This document shows, piece after piece, positions 1 to 13,592 of a DNA stretch of 19,626 bases. The DNA comes from Planctomycetota bacterium (GTDB taxonomy: Bacteria; Planctomycetota; UBA11346), in the NCBI GenBank assembly GCA_038213805.1, contig JBBQSO010000092.1, positions 1-19,626 of the forward strand, in the 5' to 3' direction. The position numbers and the translations under genes were made by a program. The notes below the pieces were generated by a model. That model ran no database searches. It was not told the origin of the DNA and was given only the letters and a program-made list of their open reading frames with translations. The first letter of the stretch is position 1. Every line of letters starts with the position of its first letter.

Positions 1-57
1 GCGGGTGAAGTCCAGGAAGCGGCGCAGGGTGCGCTCGGGAGTAATAGAAGTGCTCAT
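1..57 (-). CDS. Possible 5' end of a gene running off the window edge (MSTSITPERTLRRFLDFTR...)
   Basis: ATG at 57-55 on the minus strand, open to position 1, with GC-ending codons after the first few. An AT-rich stretch (~78-130) lies upstream. Too short to assign a product. Confidence 0.4.
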   Translation of the reverse strand, partial: MSTSITPERTLRRFLDFTR

Positions 58-139
58 AAGGCCGGAAATCCGGACCCGTTAAGCATGTCAAGATCAATAT
101 TTACAGCGGTTTATGAGGATTTCTTAAGTGAACGCCATT

Positions 140-165
140 GGGTCTAGGGTCTAGGGTCTAGGGTC
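140..165. repeat. Heptamer tandem repeat (GGGTCTA)x3 + GGGTC
   Basis: Read directly; starts 19 bp past the stop of the 184..1035 minus-strand gene. Confidence 0.9.
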
Positions 166-183
166 CGGCGCCACGCGCCCGCC

Positions 184-1035
184 TCATTTCCCAGGCGACA
201 CCGGCAGACCGGGGATCGGGGGCAGGCCGCCAAGGGGATCCTGGGGATCCACCTGCCGTTCCCCGGCGTTCTTGCTGATGATGGAGACGAAGTGCAGCTC
301 GATGCGCGCTTTGTCGGGGTGGTTGGTGCGCACCACCGCGACCTCGTCGCGGTCGCCCTCGGGGGCGGTGCCATCGGGCTCGCGGGCAGTGGCGGTGATC
401 AGCACGCTGCCGTCGGCCTGTACCGTGGACGCGAAGGCCCACAGCGTGCCGCCGTAGTCGATCCCCTCGACCTTGAAACCGCCGGGCGGGGCCTCCTCGG
501 GTACGCAGCTGATGCGCACGCGCTTGCGCAGCCGGCGCAACTCGTCCGGGCGCGCCTTGGTGACGTAGCGGTAGACGTCGCGCCAGGCGACGTCGGCGGG
601 GCGCACCGCGGGATCGGCGCCGGCAGCGATGCCATCGACCTGCACACAGGCGCGCACGTTCCAGCGCGCGGTGACCTCGATAGCCTCGGCATCGGGATCG
701 GTGAGGAAGACGCTGACGCCGATGTGCTGCTCGCCGGAGCGATTGCGGTTGTCGACCACGATGCGCAACGGCACCGCGGCCTTGGGCAGGATGAACTTGT
801 CCGGCATCTCCAGCGCGGCGCAGGTGCAGGTCGGGTCGAGCAGCTTGACCTTGACCGCGCGATCGTTGGGGTTGCGCACCATGATCACCGCCGCGAAGGG
901 CTCGATCTCGCGCACCAGCGGGGCGTGCTCCTGGTCGACGGCGTTGGTGTTGTCGGGCTGCTCCGCCGCAGCAGGCGCGCCGGCGCCGCAGGCGCTGAGC
1001 ATGACGACGAGGAGCGTGGGCAACGACCAGCGCAT
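184..1035 (-). CDS. Putative lipoprotein with DUF1573-like (Ig-like, CxC) domain, 283 aa
   Basis: Start moved to MRWSLPTLLVVMLSAC (signal peptide plus LSA-C lipobox). Segment VRNPNDRAVKVKLLDPTCTCA resembles the DUF1573 pattern N.G..PL.I..V..SCGC. Confidence 0.7.
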   Translation of the reverse strand: MRWSLPTLLVVMLSACGAGAPAAAEQPDNTNAVDQEHAPLVREIEPFAAVIMVRNPNDRAVKVKLLDPTCTCAALEMPDKFILPKAAVPLRIVVDNRNRSGEQHIGVSVFLTDPDAEAIEVTARWNVRACVQVDGIAAGADPAVRPADVAWRDVYRYVTKARPDELRRLRKRVRISCVPEEAPPGGFKVEGIDYGGTLWAFASTVQADGSVLITATAREPDGTAPEGDRDEVAVVRTNHPDKARIELHFVSIISKNAGERQVDPQDPLGGLPPIPGLPVSPGK

Positions 1036-1241
1036 GGCATCTCCGGAAGGTGAGCATCGGCGGCGGCGGCGGAGCGACCAGCCATGGGCGCCCCCGCAGT
1101 CTATCAACGTGTCAGCCGCCAGGAGGTTCGCGGGCGGTCGGCCGCCAGCGCCGTGAAAGCACGGCAGGCGGCATCCGCTGCGCACCGCGACCATCCGCAA
1201 TGCTTGCCAGTACCACTACCGGGTGCGATGCGCGCCGCGCA

Positions 1242-1928
1242 TCACGGGATGGTCGCAGCGGCCGCCGCGCGCAGCAGCGCCGCCGCGAGCGGCGCCTCGA
1301 CCTCGACCCCGCAGCCCCACGCCAGTTCGGCGAGCACCGGCGCCGCGCACAGCGCGGCCAGCTCCGCCGGTGCGCTGCGCGTGGCGAGATCGTCGCGCAC
1401 GGGCTGGTGGGCATTGACCACCAGCCCGAGCACCACCAGCCCCGCGCGCCGCGCGTGGGCGACGGTCAGCGCGGTGTGGTTGAGCGTGCCGAGGTGCGGC
1501 CGGGTCACCACCACCACCGGCAACCGCGCGCGCACCAGCAGGTCGCAGACCGTCTCGCGCGCGGCGGTCAGCGGCACCAGCAGGCCGCCGATGCCCTCCA
1601 CCACCAGGTCGTGCCCGGCGCCGGCCAACGGCGCGATGGCCGCGGCGAGCGCGGCCAGCGTCGCGCCGCCGCCGGCCGCCGCGGCGGCCAGGTGGGGCGA
1701 GGCCGCTTCCGGGTATTGCAGCGGGCAGATCGTCGCCGGTGGCTGATCGTCCCCGACGAGCGCGGCCAGCGCGCGGCCGTCCTCTGCCTGACCAGCGGCC
1801 CAGCCGCCGCAGGCCATCGGCTTGTGCAGCCACACCTGGCGGCCGGCCCGTCGCAACCCGCGCACCAGCAGTCCGACCACGCGGGTCTTGCCCACACCGG
1901 TGTCGGTGCCGATCACGGCCACGCGCAT
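1242..1928 (-). CDS. bioD: Dethiobiotin synthetase
   Basis: GTDTGVGKT P-loop, HKPMACG, VVEGIGGLLVP and LGTLNHT motifs typical of BioD. Alternative start at 1946. Confidence 0.93.
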   Translation of the reverse strand: MRVAVIGTDTGVGKTRVVGLLVRGLRRAGRQVWLHKPMACGGWAAGQAEDGRALAALVGDDQPPATICPLQYPEAASPHLAAAAAGGGATLAALAAAIAPLAGAGHDLVVEGIGGLLVPLTAARETVCDLLVRARLPVVVVTRPHLGTLNHTALTVAHARRAGLVVLGLVVNAHQPVRDDLATRSAPAELAALCAAPVLAELAWGCGVEVEAPLAAALLRAAAAATIP

Positions 1929-2125
1929 GGGTTCGCTGCCAGCCATCGAAAGATCCCCTGCGGATGATTGCACGGCGTGTACCGCGGGCTATGGTCCCGG
2001 TCCCCCACTGCCCGTCCAGCCGCCACCCGTCGACCCTCCGGCCGACGCGTCCCGGCTCTCCTTGCGGCCACCGTCGTGCCTTGCGCGTCGATGTGGCCCG
2101 GACCCGCAGCCGCCCCGAGGATCCC

Positions 2126-2470
2126 ATGCCCACCTATGAATATGCCTGCCCGACCTGCGGCATCGTCGAGGTCTTCCAGTCGATCAAGGAGGACGCCCTG
2201 AAAAAATGCCCGCAGTGCAAGCGCGCCAAGGTCCAGCGCGTGCTCTCGGGTGGCGGCGGAGTGATCTTCAAGGGCAGCGGCTTCTGGGAGACCGACTACA
2301 ACCGCAGCGCCGACTATAAGAAGAAGACCAAGGAATCCGAGAAGAGCGACGACACCGCGACCCCGGTCGCCGCTCCACCCGAGTCCAAGCCGGCACCCGC
2401 GACCAAGCTTGAACCCAAGACCACGACCACGCCGACTGCGAAGCCGAAACCCACCGCTGTCGCGACCTGA
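2126..2470 (+). CDS. FmdB-family zinc-ribbon protein (CxxC...CxxC, putative regulator) with Pro/Thr/Lys-rich tail, 114 aa
   Basis: MPTYEYACPTCG...CPQC...GGGGVIFKGSGFWETDY is the family signature; GAGG upstream at 2117-2120. Confidence 0.9.
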   Translation: MPTYEYACPTCGIVEVFQSIKEDALKKCPQCKRAKVQRVLSGGGGVIFKGSGFWETDYNRSADYKKKTKESEKSDDTATPVAAPPESKPAPATKLEPKTTTTPTAKPKPTAVAT

Positions 2471-2531
2471 CCCGCCCGATCAGCCTAATGGGAATGCCAG
2501 CTGGTCGTCCCGGCCCGGTCGCCTCTCGCCA

Positions 2532-2544
2532 GGTCAAAATGACC
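2532..2544. promoter_or_regulatory. Palindrome GGTCA-AAA-TGACC, candidate activator/regulator site
   Basis: Perfect 5-bp inverted repeat about 75 bp upstream of the sigma54-type element. Function is inferred. Confidence 0.4.
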
Positions 2545-2617
2545 ATATGAGCGCCCACTGCGCCTGCGGCAGTGGATGCAAACCCGCCTTTTTCCTGCGA
2601 TTCCTGATCCCAAGCCC

Positions 2618-2635
2618 TTGGCACATCCCGTGCAT
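2618..2635 (+). promoter_or_regulatory. Sigma54 (RpoN)-type -24/-12 promoter of groEL1
   Basis: TTGGCACATCCCGTGCAT has GG(2620-21)-N10-GC(2632-33) and matches TGGCAC-N5-TTGCW with one mismatch; about 70 bp upstream of the groEL1 ATG. Confidence 0.65.
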
Positions 2636-2706
2636 GGGCGCACCGCCGCACCACGCGGTTCGGCCCCACTTTTCCATTCCATCCGGTCCCACTCGAGGAG
2701 ATCCCT

Positions 2707-4386
<1,680 letters not shown>

Positions 4387-4417
4387 CACGCCTCCCCGGC
4401 CTGGCGGCCGGACGGCT

Positions 4418-4439
4418 ACGGGGGGCTACGGCCCCCCGT
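4418..4439 (+). other. Stable intergenic RNA hairpin, 9-bp stem with C(UACG)G tetraloop
   Basis: ACGGGGGGC-TACG-GCCCCCCGT is a perfect inverted repeat with no U-tract directly after it. Confidence 0.6.
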
Positions 4440-4546
4440 GAACGGCCTGCGGCCTGCCCCCCGAGACCCCGAAACGCTGGGGCTTCGCCCACTGCTTCCT
4501 CCTCCACTTTCTTCTTCAACAAACATACACTCTAAGGATCAAAGCC

Positions 4547-4861
4547 ATGGCTAGCGTCAAGACTGCGAGCAAGACCACCATCCGACCCCTCGACGACCGC
4601 ATCGTCGTCACGCGCACCGAGGCGCAGCAGACCTCGACGGGCGGGATCATCCTGCCCGAGAACGCGAAGGAGAAGCCGCAGCAGGGCAAGGTCCTGGCCG
4701 TCGGCCAGGGCAAGCTGCTCGACAACGGCACCCGCGCCAAGCCGGATGTCGCTGCGGGCGACCTCATCCTGTTCGGCAAGTACAGCGGCACCGAGCTGAC
4801 CGTCGACGGCCAGGAGATCATCATCCTGCGCGAGTCGGACATCCTCGCCAAGCTGGGGTAG
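4547..4861 (+). CDS. groES: Co-chaperonin GroES, 104 aa
   Basis: IRPLDDRIVV, mobile loop TGGIILPENAKEKP, VLAVGQG, FGKYSGTE, ILRESDILA. Confidence 0.99.
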   Translation: MASVKTASKTTIRPLDDRIVVTRTEAQQTSTGGIILPENAKEKPQQGKVLAVGQGKLLDNGTRAKPDVAAGDLILFGKYSGTELTVDGQEIIILRESDILAKLG

Positions 4862-5020
4862 AGGGTCCGCAAGTCCGGGGGTCCGGAAGTCCGGAAGTCG
4901 CGCGAGCGATGACCGGACGCCCCCTCCGCCACTGCGCGCCCTCAATTCCCATTCCATCACTCCTCATTCCATAAAAACAAGACTTCCGGACTTCCGGACT
5001 CCCGGACCTTCGGACCCTCT
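4860..5020. repeat. Inverted pair of GTCCGGAA-type octamer tandem arrays (arms 4860-4899 and 4981-5020)
   Basis: Left arm AGAGG-GTCCGCAA-GTCCGGGG-GTCCGGAA-GTCCGGAA-GTC; right arm GAC-TTCCGGAC-TTCCGGAC-TCCCGGAC-CTTCGGAC-CCTCT. The two are near reverse complements. Confidence 0.92.
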
Positions 5021-5037
5021 CCCCAAGGATTCCCCTC

Positions 5038-6651
<1,614 letters not shown>

Positions 6652-6694
6652 ACTGAGCGCGTAAACCGCCGCCGCCCACGGGCGGCGGCCTGAT

Positions 6695-6738
6695 AAAAAA
6701 CAGAGAACCCCGGCCAAGCGGCCGGGGTTCTCCGTTTT
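6695..6738. terminator. Probable bidirectional intrinsic terminator
   Basis: 13-bp perfect stem GAGAACCCCGGCC/GGCCGGGGTTCTC (6703-6732) flanked by A6 and T4, between convergent genes. A second GC hairpin lies at 6668-6689. Confidence 0.85.
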
Positions 6739-6789
6739 CATGCATGGGGCATCCTGCCGCGCTCAACCCCGCTGCCGGATGCGCGCGGC

Positions 6790-7164
6790 TCAGCGCCAGC
6801 GGCCCTCGCGATAGACGTAGCCATGGGGAGTGGACGCCCAGTGGCCACGCTCATACACCGCGCCCGGGCGGTAGCGGCGCTCCCAATGCCCCCCGTACCA
6901 CACCCAGCCGCCGCCCCCGCGCACCCAGTGGCCGGCGATCCACACATGCTCGGAGGAGGGCGCCACGGTGATGACCTCGACGCGCTCGGGCGGCGGGGCC
7001 TCGTTGACGTAGACCACCGCGCCCGGAGGCGGCGGCGAGGGCGGGGGTGCGTCATGGACGTAGACCACCTCGCGGCGGCGCTCGCCACAGCCAGCCAGGA
7101 CCACGGTCGTGGCCACGGCGGCGGCAGCGATCGCGATGAGGAGATGACGGGGGGAGTGGCGCAT
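6790..7164 (-). CDS. YXWGXW/WxxGxW-repeat lipoprotein, 124 aa
   Basis: Start MRHSPRHLLIAIAAAAVATTVVLAGC (lipobox LAG-C), Pro-rich linker, then repeats WIAGHW, WYGGHW, YERGHW, YREGRW. Confidence 0.85.
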   Translation of the reverse strand: MRHSPRHLLIAIAAAAVATTVVLAGCGERRREVVYVHDAPPPSPPPPGAVVYVNEAPPPERVEVITVAPSSEHVWIAGHWVRGGGGWVWYGGHWERRYRPGAVYERGHWASTPHGYVYREGRWR

Positions 7165-7318
7165 GTGACGTGTTCCTGAGGCGCGCGCTGCGCGCCATGA
7201 GGCTCGGCGGAAGTGAGCGTGATCGCAGTGGGATTTTCCACCAGCGCAGCGGCGGCGGCAGGACGCAGCTGCGCGCCGCCAAGCCACGCGCCCGGAGACC
7301 GGGCGCGTGGCGGCAGCA

Positions 7319-7801
7319 TCAGCGATGGTAGGACGGCGCGCGCTGGTCGTCGTGACGGCGAGGGTGGACTTCGCCATGGCCGCGGTAGCGGTCGTCGTCA
7401 TGCCCGCGATCGCAGTCATCATCGTGATACCAGCGTCCCCCCTGCTCCGGGTAACGGCAGGGCGGCGGGGGGCAGCGCGGCGGCTCGGCGTGGCGGTACT
7501 CCGGCTGGACGACGTAACGCTCCTCATAATGGCCGGGGATCCAGGTTCGACAGCCGTAGGCATCGTAGGTGATGAAGCCATCGACCCACACGATCTCGCG
7601 AATGGGCGCCGTGTAGACCGGCTGTACGCACACCGGCGCGGGCGGCGGGCAGGTGCGACCCCGCGACACCTCGACCTCGACATGCGGGGCGAAGAAGCCC
7701 CACGCGAAGCGCTGCTCCGCGCCATCGGCTGGGGCGAGCAGCGCAGCCGCGGCGATGAGCAGCGTGGAGGAGAGGAGGATGGGAAAGCGGCTCAGACGCA
7801 T
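7319..7801 (-). CDS. Secreted hypothetical protein with WxxG(H)Y-like motifs and His/Asp/Arg-rich tail, 160 aa
   Basis: Signal peptide MRLSRFPILLSSTLLIAAAALLAPADG; motifs VWVDGF and TWIPGHY; AGGAG RBS on the minus strand at 7815-7811. Confidence 0.7.
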   Translation of the reverse strand: MRLSRFPILLSSTLLIAAAALLAPADGAEQRFAWGFFAPHVEVEVSRGRTCPPPAPVCVQPVYTAPIREIVWVDGFITYDAYGCRTWIPGHYEERYVVQPEYRHAEPPRCPPPPCRYPEQGGRWYHDDDCDRGHDDDRYRGHGEVHPRRHDDQRAPSYHR

Positions 7802-8104
7802 GGGATTTGGCTCCTGTGGCCTGCGGTTGCGGTCACGGTTCCAAGGTCCCGGGCCTGCGGCTGTTCGCTGTGGGGTTTTCCCCCAGGCAGCAGTGCGCGC
7901 AACTCCAGTCGCGGGGTGCCTCAGCGCCCGCCGACCGGCGCTCGCTGCATTCTGTAAAAATATGCTTTATAGGATGTTACAACTCCGATCTCGCCCCCTC
8001 CTCGCCTGGCGGCTGAGCAGCGCTTGTTGCCCAGTGTAGCCTTGCGCAGCTGCGCCCAGCCACCCACACTTGCCCCCGCTCGCCGTCGCCCAGGAGGAAG
8101 CCCC

Positions 8105-10630
<2,526 letters not shown>

Positions 10631-10805
10631 CGGGCGCGCGCAGTCAGGCATCGCACCTGTAGGGACGCCGCTTGGTGGATTTTGCAGCGCGGTGATGGCC
10701 ACCCGGCCACTGGCCCCGGGCGGCACGATCCTGCCACGTCGGACGTGCCGCGGACGCCCCCGGGAATTCGCATGACCGCGCGGGAAGTGCGCTAGCGTGC
10801 CACGC

Positions 10806-11534
10806 ATGCTGATCGCGCTGCATGGTTTCACCGAGACCGATCTCGTCTGGCGCGATCTGCTCGCCCCGGCCTTCCCCGAGATGCGCTGCCTGCTGCTGCC
10901 CGGCCACGGCTGGAAGCCGGGCCCCGCCGGCCCGGACTTCCTGGCGGCGGTGGCCGAACTCGAGGCGCGGTTGCCGGCAGATGGCCAGGTCGACCTGCTC
11001 GGCTACAGCATGGGTGGGCGCCTCGCCCTGGCGCTGGCGCTGCGCGCCCCTCAGCGCATCCGCCGCCTGGTGCTGGTGTCGAGCAACGCCGGCACAGTGA
11101 GTGCGGAGGAACGCGCGGCACGCCTACGCCACGACGAGCGCTTGGCGCAGATGCTCGAAGAGGACGGCATCGGCCCGTTCGTCGCCTGGTGGCAGGCGCA
11201 GCCGGCGCTCCGCCCCGCGGCTCCGCTCCCGCAGGCGCTGGTCGCCGAGCTGCGCTGCCTGCGCCTGAACCAGGACCCGCACGGCCTCGCGGCCGCGCTG
11301 CGCCGGCTCGGGTCCGGGGCCATGCCCGACCTCGCCCCGCGCCTGCCCGGCCTCGCCATCCCGGCCCTGCTCATCGCCGGCGCGGCCGACGCCCGCTACC
11401 GGGAAGTGATGGCCGCCATGGCTGCGCGCATCCCCGGCGCGCACCTCGCCGTGGTCGACGGCTCGGGCCACGCCATCCACCGCGAGCGCCCTGCTGAGCT
11501 GCGCGCGCTGGTGCAGGACTTCCTCGCGCGCTGA
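10806..11534 (+). CDS. menH: 2-succinyl-6-hydroxy-2,4-cyclohexadiene-1-carboxylate synthase (alpha/beta hydrolase)
   Basis: LHGFT, LPGHG, GYSMGGR nucleophile elbow, GHAIHRE; directly upstream of menB. Alternative GTG start at 10797. Confidence 0.88.
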   Translation: MLIALHGFTETDLVWRDLLAPAFPEMRCLLLPGHGWKPGPAGPDFLAAVAELEARLPADGQVDLLGYSMGGRLALALALRAPQRIRRLVLVSSNAGTVSAEERAARLRHDERLAQMLEEDGIGPFVAWWQAQPALRPAAPLPQALVAELRCLRLNQDPHGLAAALRRLGSGAMPDLAPRLPGLAIPALLIAGAADARYREVMAAMAARIPGAHLAVVDGSGHAIHRERPAELRALVQDFLAR

Positions 11535-11689
11535 TCGTGCCGGGAGGGTCGTGCGTCTGCCCGATCGCCGCCGTGACCCACGTCGCGCTGGCACGCGACC
11601 CGCCGTCGCCTCCCCGTTGCCCCCGCCCCCGTTCCACAGATGCTCAGCACCCCTCCGCCAGGATGACCGCGCGGAGACTGGAGACCGCC

Positions 11690-12529
11690 ATGAGCGAGTG
11701 GGCCGCGATCGACCGACCCTACGAGGACATCCTCTACCACCATATGCCCTTGGTCGGTGGCACGGTGGCGAAGCTGACCATCAACCGGCCGCAGGTGCAC
11801 AACGCCTTCACGCCGAAGACCGTGCACGAGCTGCGCGACGCACTGCAGCACGCCCGCGACGATCAAGACGTGGGCGTGATCATCCTCACCGGCGCGGGCG
11901 GCAAGGCCTTCTGCTCGGGCGGCGACCAGCGCGTGCGCGGGCACGGCGGCTACGTCGGCGGCAAGGACGGCGACAGCATCCCGCGCCTCAACGTCCTTGA
12001 CCTGCAACGTGAGATCCGCAGCTGCCCCAAGCCGGTGGTGGCGATGGTCGCAGGCTGGGCGATCGGCGGCGGCCAGGTGCTGCACCTGGTGTGCGACATC
12101 TCGATCGCCGCCGACAACGCGCGCTTCGGCCAGACCGGCCCGCGCGTCGGCAGCTTCGACGGCGGTTTCGGCGCATCGTACCTGGCGCGCTGCGTCGGCC
12201 AGAAGAAGGCGCGCGAGATCTGGTACACCTGCCGCCAGTACGATGCGCAACAAGCCCTCGACATGGGCCTGATCAATGAGGTCTGGCCGCTCGACCAGCT
12301 CGAGGAGAAGACCCTGGTGATGTGCCAGGAGATGATGCAGCACAGCCCGCTCGCGCTGCGCTGCCTGAAGTCCGCGTTCAATGCCGACTGCGACGGCCAG
12401 GCCGGCATCCAGGAGCTCGCCGGCAACGCCACGCTGCTCTTCTACATGACGGAGGAGGGCAAGGAGGGGCATCAGGCCTATCTTGAGAAACGGAAGCCCG
12501 ACTTCGGCAAGTTCCCGCGGTTGCCATGA
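11690..12529 (+). CDS. menB: 1,4-dihydroxy-2-naphthoyl-CoA synthase, 279 aa
   Basis: [60 protein letters not shown] upstream of ATG 11690. Confidence 0.97.
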   Translation: MSEWAAIDRPYEDILYHHMPLVGGTVAKLTINRPQVHNAFTPKTVHELRDALQHARDDQDVGVIILTGAGGKAFCSGGDQRVRGHGGYVGGKDGDSIPRLNVLDLQREIRSCPKPVVAMVAGWAIGGGQVLHLVCDISIAADNARFGQTGPRVGSFDGGFGASYLARCVGQKKAREIWYTCRQYDAQQALDMGLINEVWPLDQLEEKTLVMCQEMMQHSPLALRCLKSAFNADCDGQAGIQELAGNATLLFYMTEEGKEGHQAYLEKRKPDFGKFPRLP

Positions 12530-12639
12530 ACAGCCTGAGTGCGGAGTGCGGAGTGCGGAGTGCGGAGTGCCGGCAGAACGCTTCCCGCGCTCCCTTTCCA
12601 GCGGACAAGCGGGCGCAGGAACGGGGCTGCCGCCGATGA
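12526..12639 (+). CDS. Putative 37-aa bridging mini-ORF ([37 protein letters not shown])
   Basis: Translated by hand. Its ATG overlaps the menB stop (ATGA 12526-12529) and its TGA overlaps the menA ATG (ATGA 12636-12639), with no internal stop. Confidence 0.4.
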   Translation: MNSLSAECGVRSAECRQNASRAPFPADKRAQERGCRR

Positions 12640-12678
12640 GCCACGAGCACTCCGCGCTCCGCACTCCGCACTCCGCAC
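12537..12678. repeat. Inverted pair of heptamer tandem arrays (GAGTGCG)n / (GCACTCC)n
   Basis: (GAGTGCG)x4+GAGTGCC at 12537-12571; GCACTCC-GCGCTCC-GCACTCC-GCACTCC-GCAC at 12647-12678. Confidence 0.92.
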
Positions 12679-13592
12679 CGCCGCCGCCGCCATCGCGGCT
12701 GTCCGTGTGGCTTTCCGCCACCCGCCCCAAGACCCTCGCCGCCGGTCTTGTCCCGGTGCTGGTCGGTACGGCGCTGGCGGTGCACGAGGGCGTCGCCGAT
12801 TGGACGCTCGCGGGCGGCTGTCTGGCGGCGGCGCTGCTGGTGCAGGTCGGCTGCAACTTCGCCAACGACGCCTTCGACGCGCTCAAGGGCGCCGACACCG
12901 CGGCGCGTATCGGGCCGCGCCGCGCGGTAGCAAGCGGGCTGATCAGCGCACGCGCCATGCTCATCGCCACGGCAGTGGTGTTGGCGGCGGCGCTGGCGGT
13001 CGGCATCTGGCTGGGCGCCGCCGGCGGCGGCTGGCCGATCATCGTACTAGGCGTGGTCAGCGTGCTGTGCGCGGTGGGCTACACCGCGGGACCCTTTCCG
13101 CTCGCCTACATCGGCCTGGGTGACCTCTTCGTCTTCCTGTTCTTCGGCCTGGTCGCGGTGCTTGGCACGCTGTGGGTGCAGGGCGCGGCGCACGGCCACG
13201 GGGCACTGCATACCGGCGCCATCCTGGTCGCGGAGGCGGTCGGCCTGCAGGCCACCGGCATCATCGCGGTCAACAATCTGCGCGACCGCGCCGGCGATGC
13301 AGCGGTCGGCAAACGCACCCTGGCGGTGCGCCTGGGCGACCGCGCCACGCGCGGCTACATCATCGGCCTGCACGTAACCGCCATGCTCTGCCTGGTGCTG
13401 GCCGCCTGGGTGATGCGCCTCCCGGCCCTGCTCGCGCCTGCCGCCCTGGCGGGAATCGGCGGCGGCCTGCTGGGTCTGGGCATCGCGCGCACCCAGGGCG
13501 CCGCCCTCAACGCGTATCTGGCACGCTCCGCAGCCCTGGAGCTCTTGACTGGTGCGGGACTTGCGGCCGTGCTTATGCTCACTCCCCGATGA
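12636..13592 (+). CDS. menA: 1,4-dihydroxy-2-naphthoate polyprenyltransferase (UbiA family), 318 aa
   Basis: WLSATRPKTL, NFANDAFDALKGAD...RIGPRR, YTAGPFPLAYIGLGD, NNLRDRAGD...GKRTLAVRLG; multiple hydrophobic helices. Confidence 0.95.
   Translation: MSHEHSALRTPHSAPPPPPSRLSVWLSATRPKTLAAGLVPVLVGTALAVHEGVADWTLAGGCLAAALLVQVGCNFANDAFDALKGADTAARIGPRRAVASGLISARAMLIATAVVLAAALAVGIWLGAAGGGWPIIVLGVVSVLCAVGYTAGPFPLAYIGLGDLFVFLFFGLVAVLGTLWVQGAAHGHGALHTGAILVAEAVGLQATGIIAVNNLRDRAGDAAVGKRTLAVRLGDRATRGYIIGLHVTAMLCLVLAAWVMRLPALLAPAALAGIGGGLLGLGIARTQGAALNAYLARSAALELLTGAGLAAVLMLTPR

Noticed and set aside
2470..2706. CIRCE/HrcA operator before groEL1
   Set aside because: No TTAGCACTC-N9-GAGTGCTAA match; the TTGGCAC...GTGC sequence fits sigma54 spacing instead.
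4860..5020. Repeat arrays as CRISPR
   Set aside because: Units are 7-8 bp, directly adjacent, with no unique spacers and no cas genes.
10721..10735. Sigma54-like GGCACG...TGC upstream of menH
   Set aside because: Spacing is GG-N9-GC, not the required N10.
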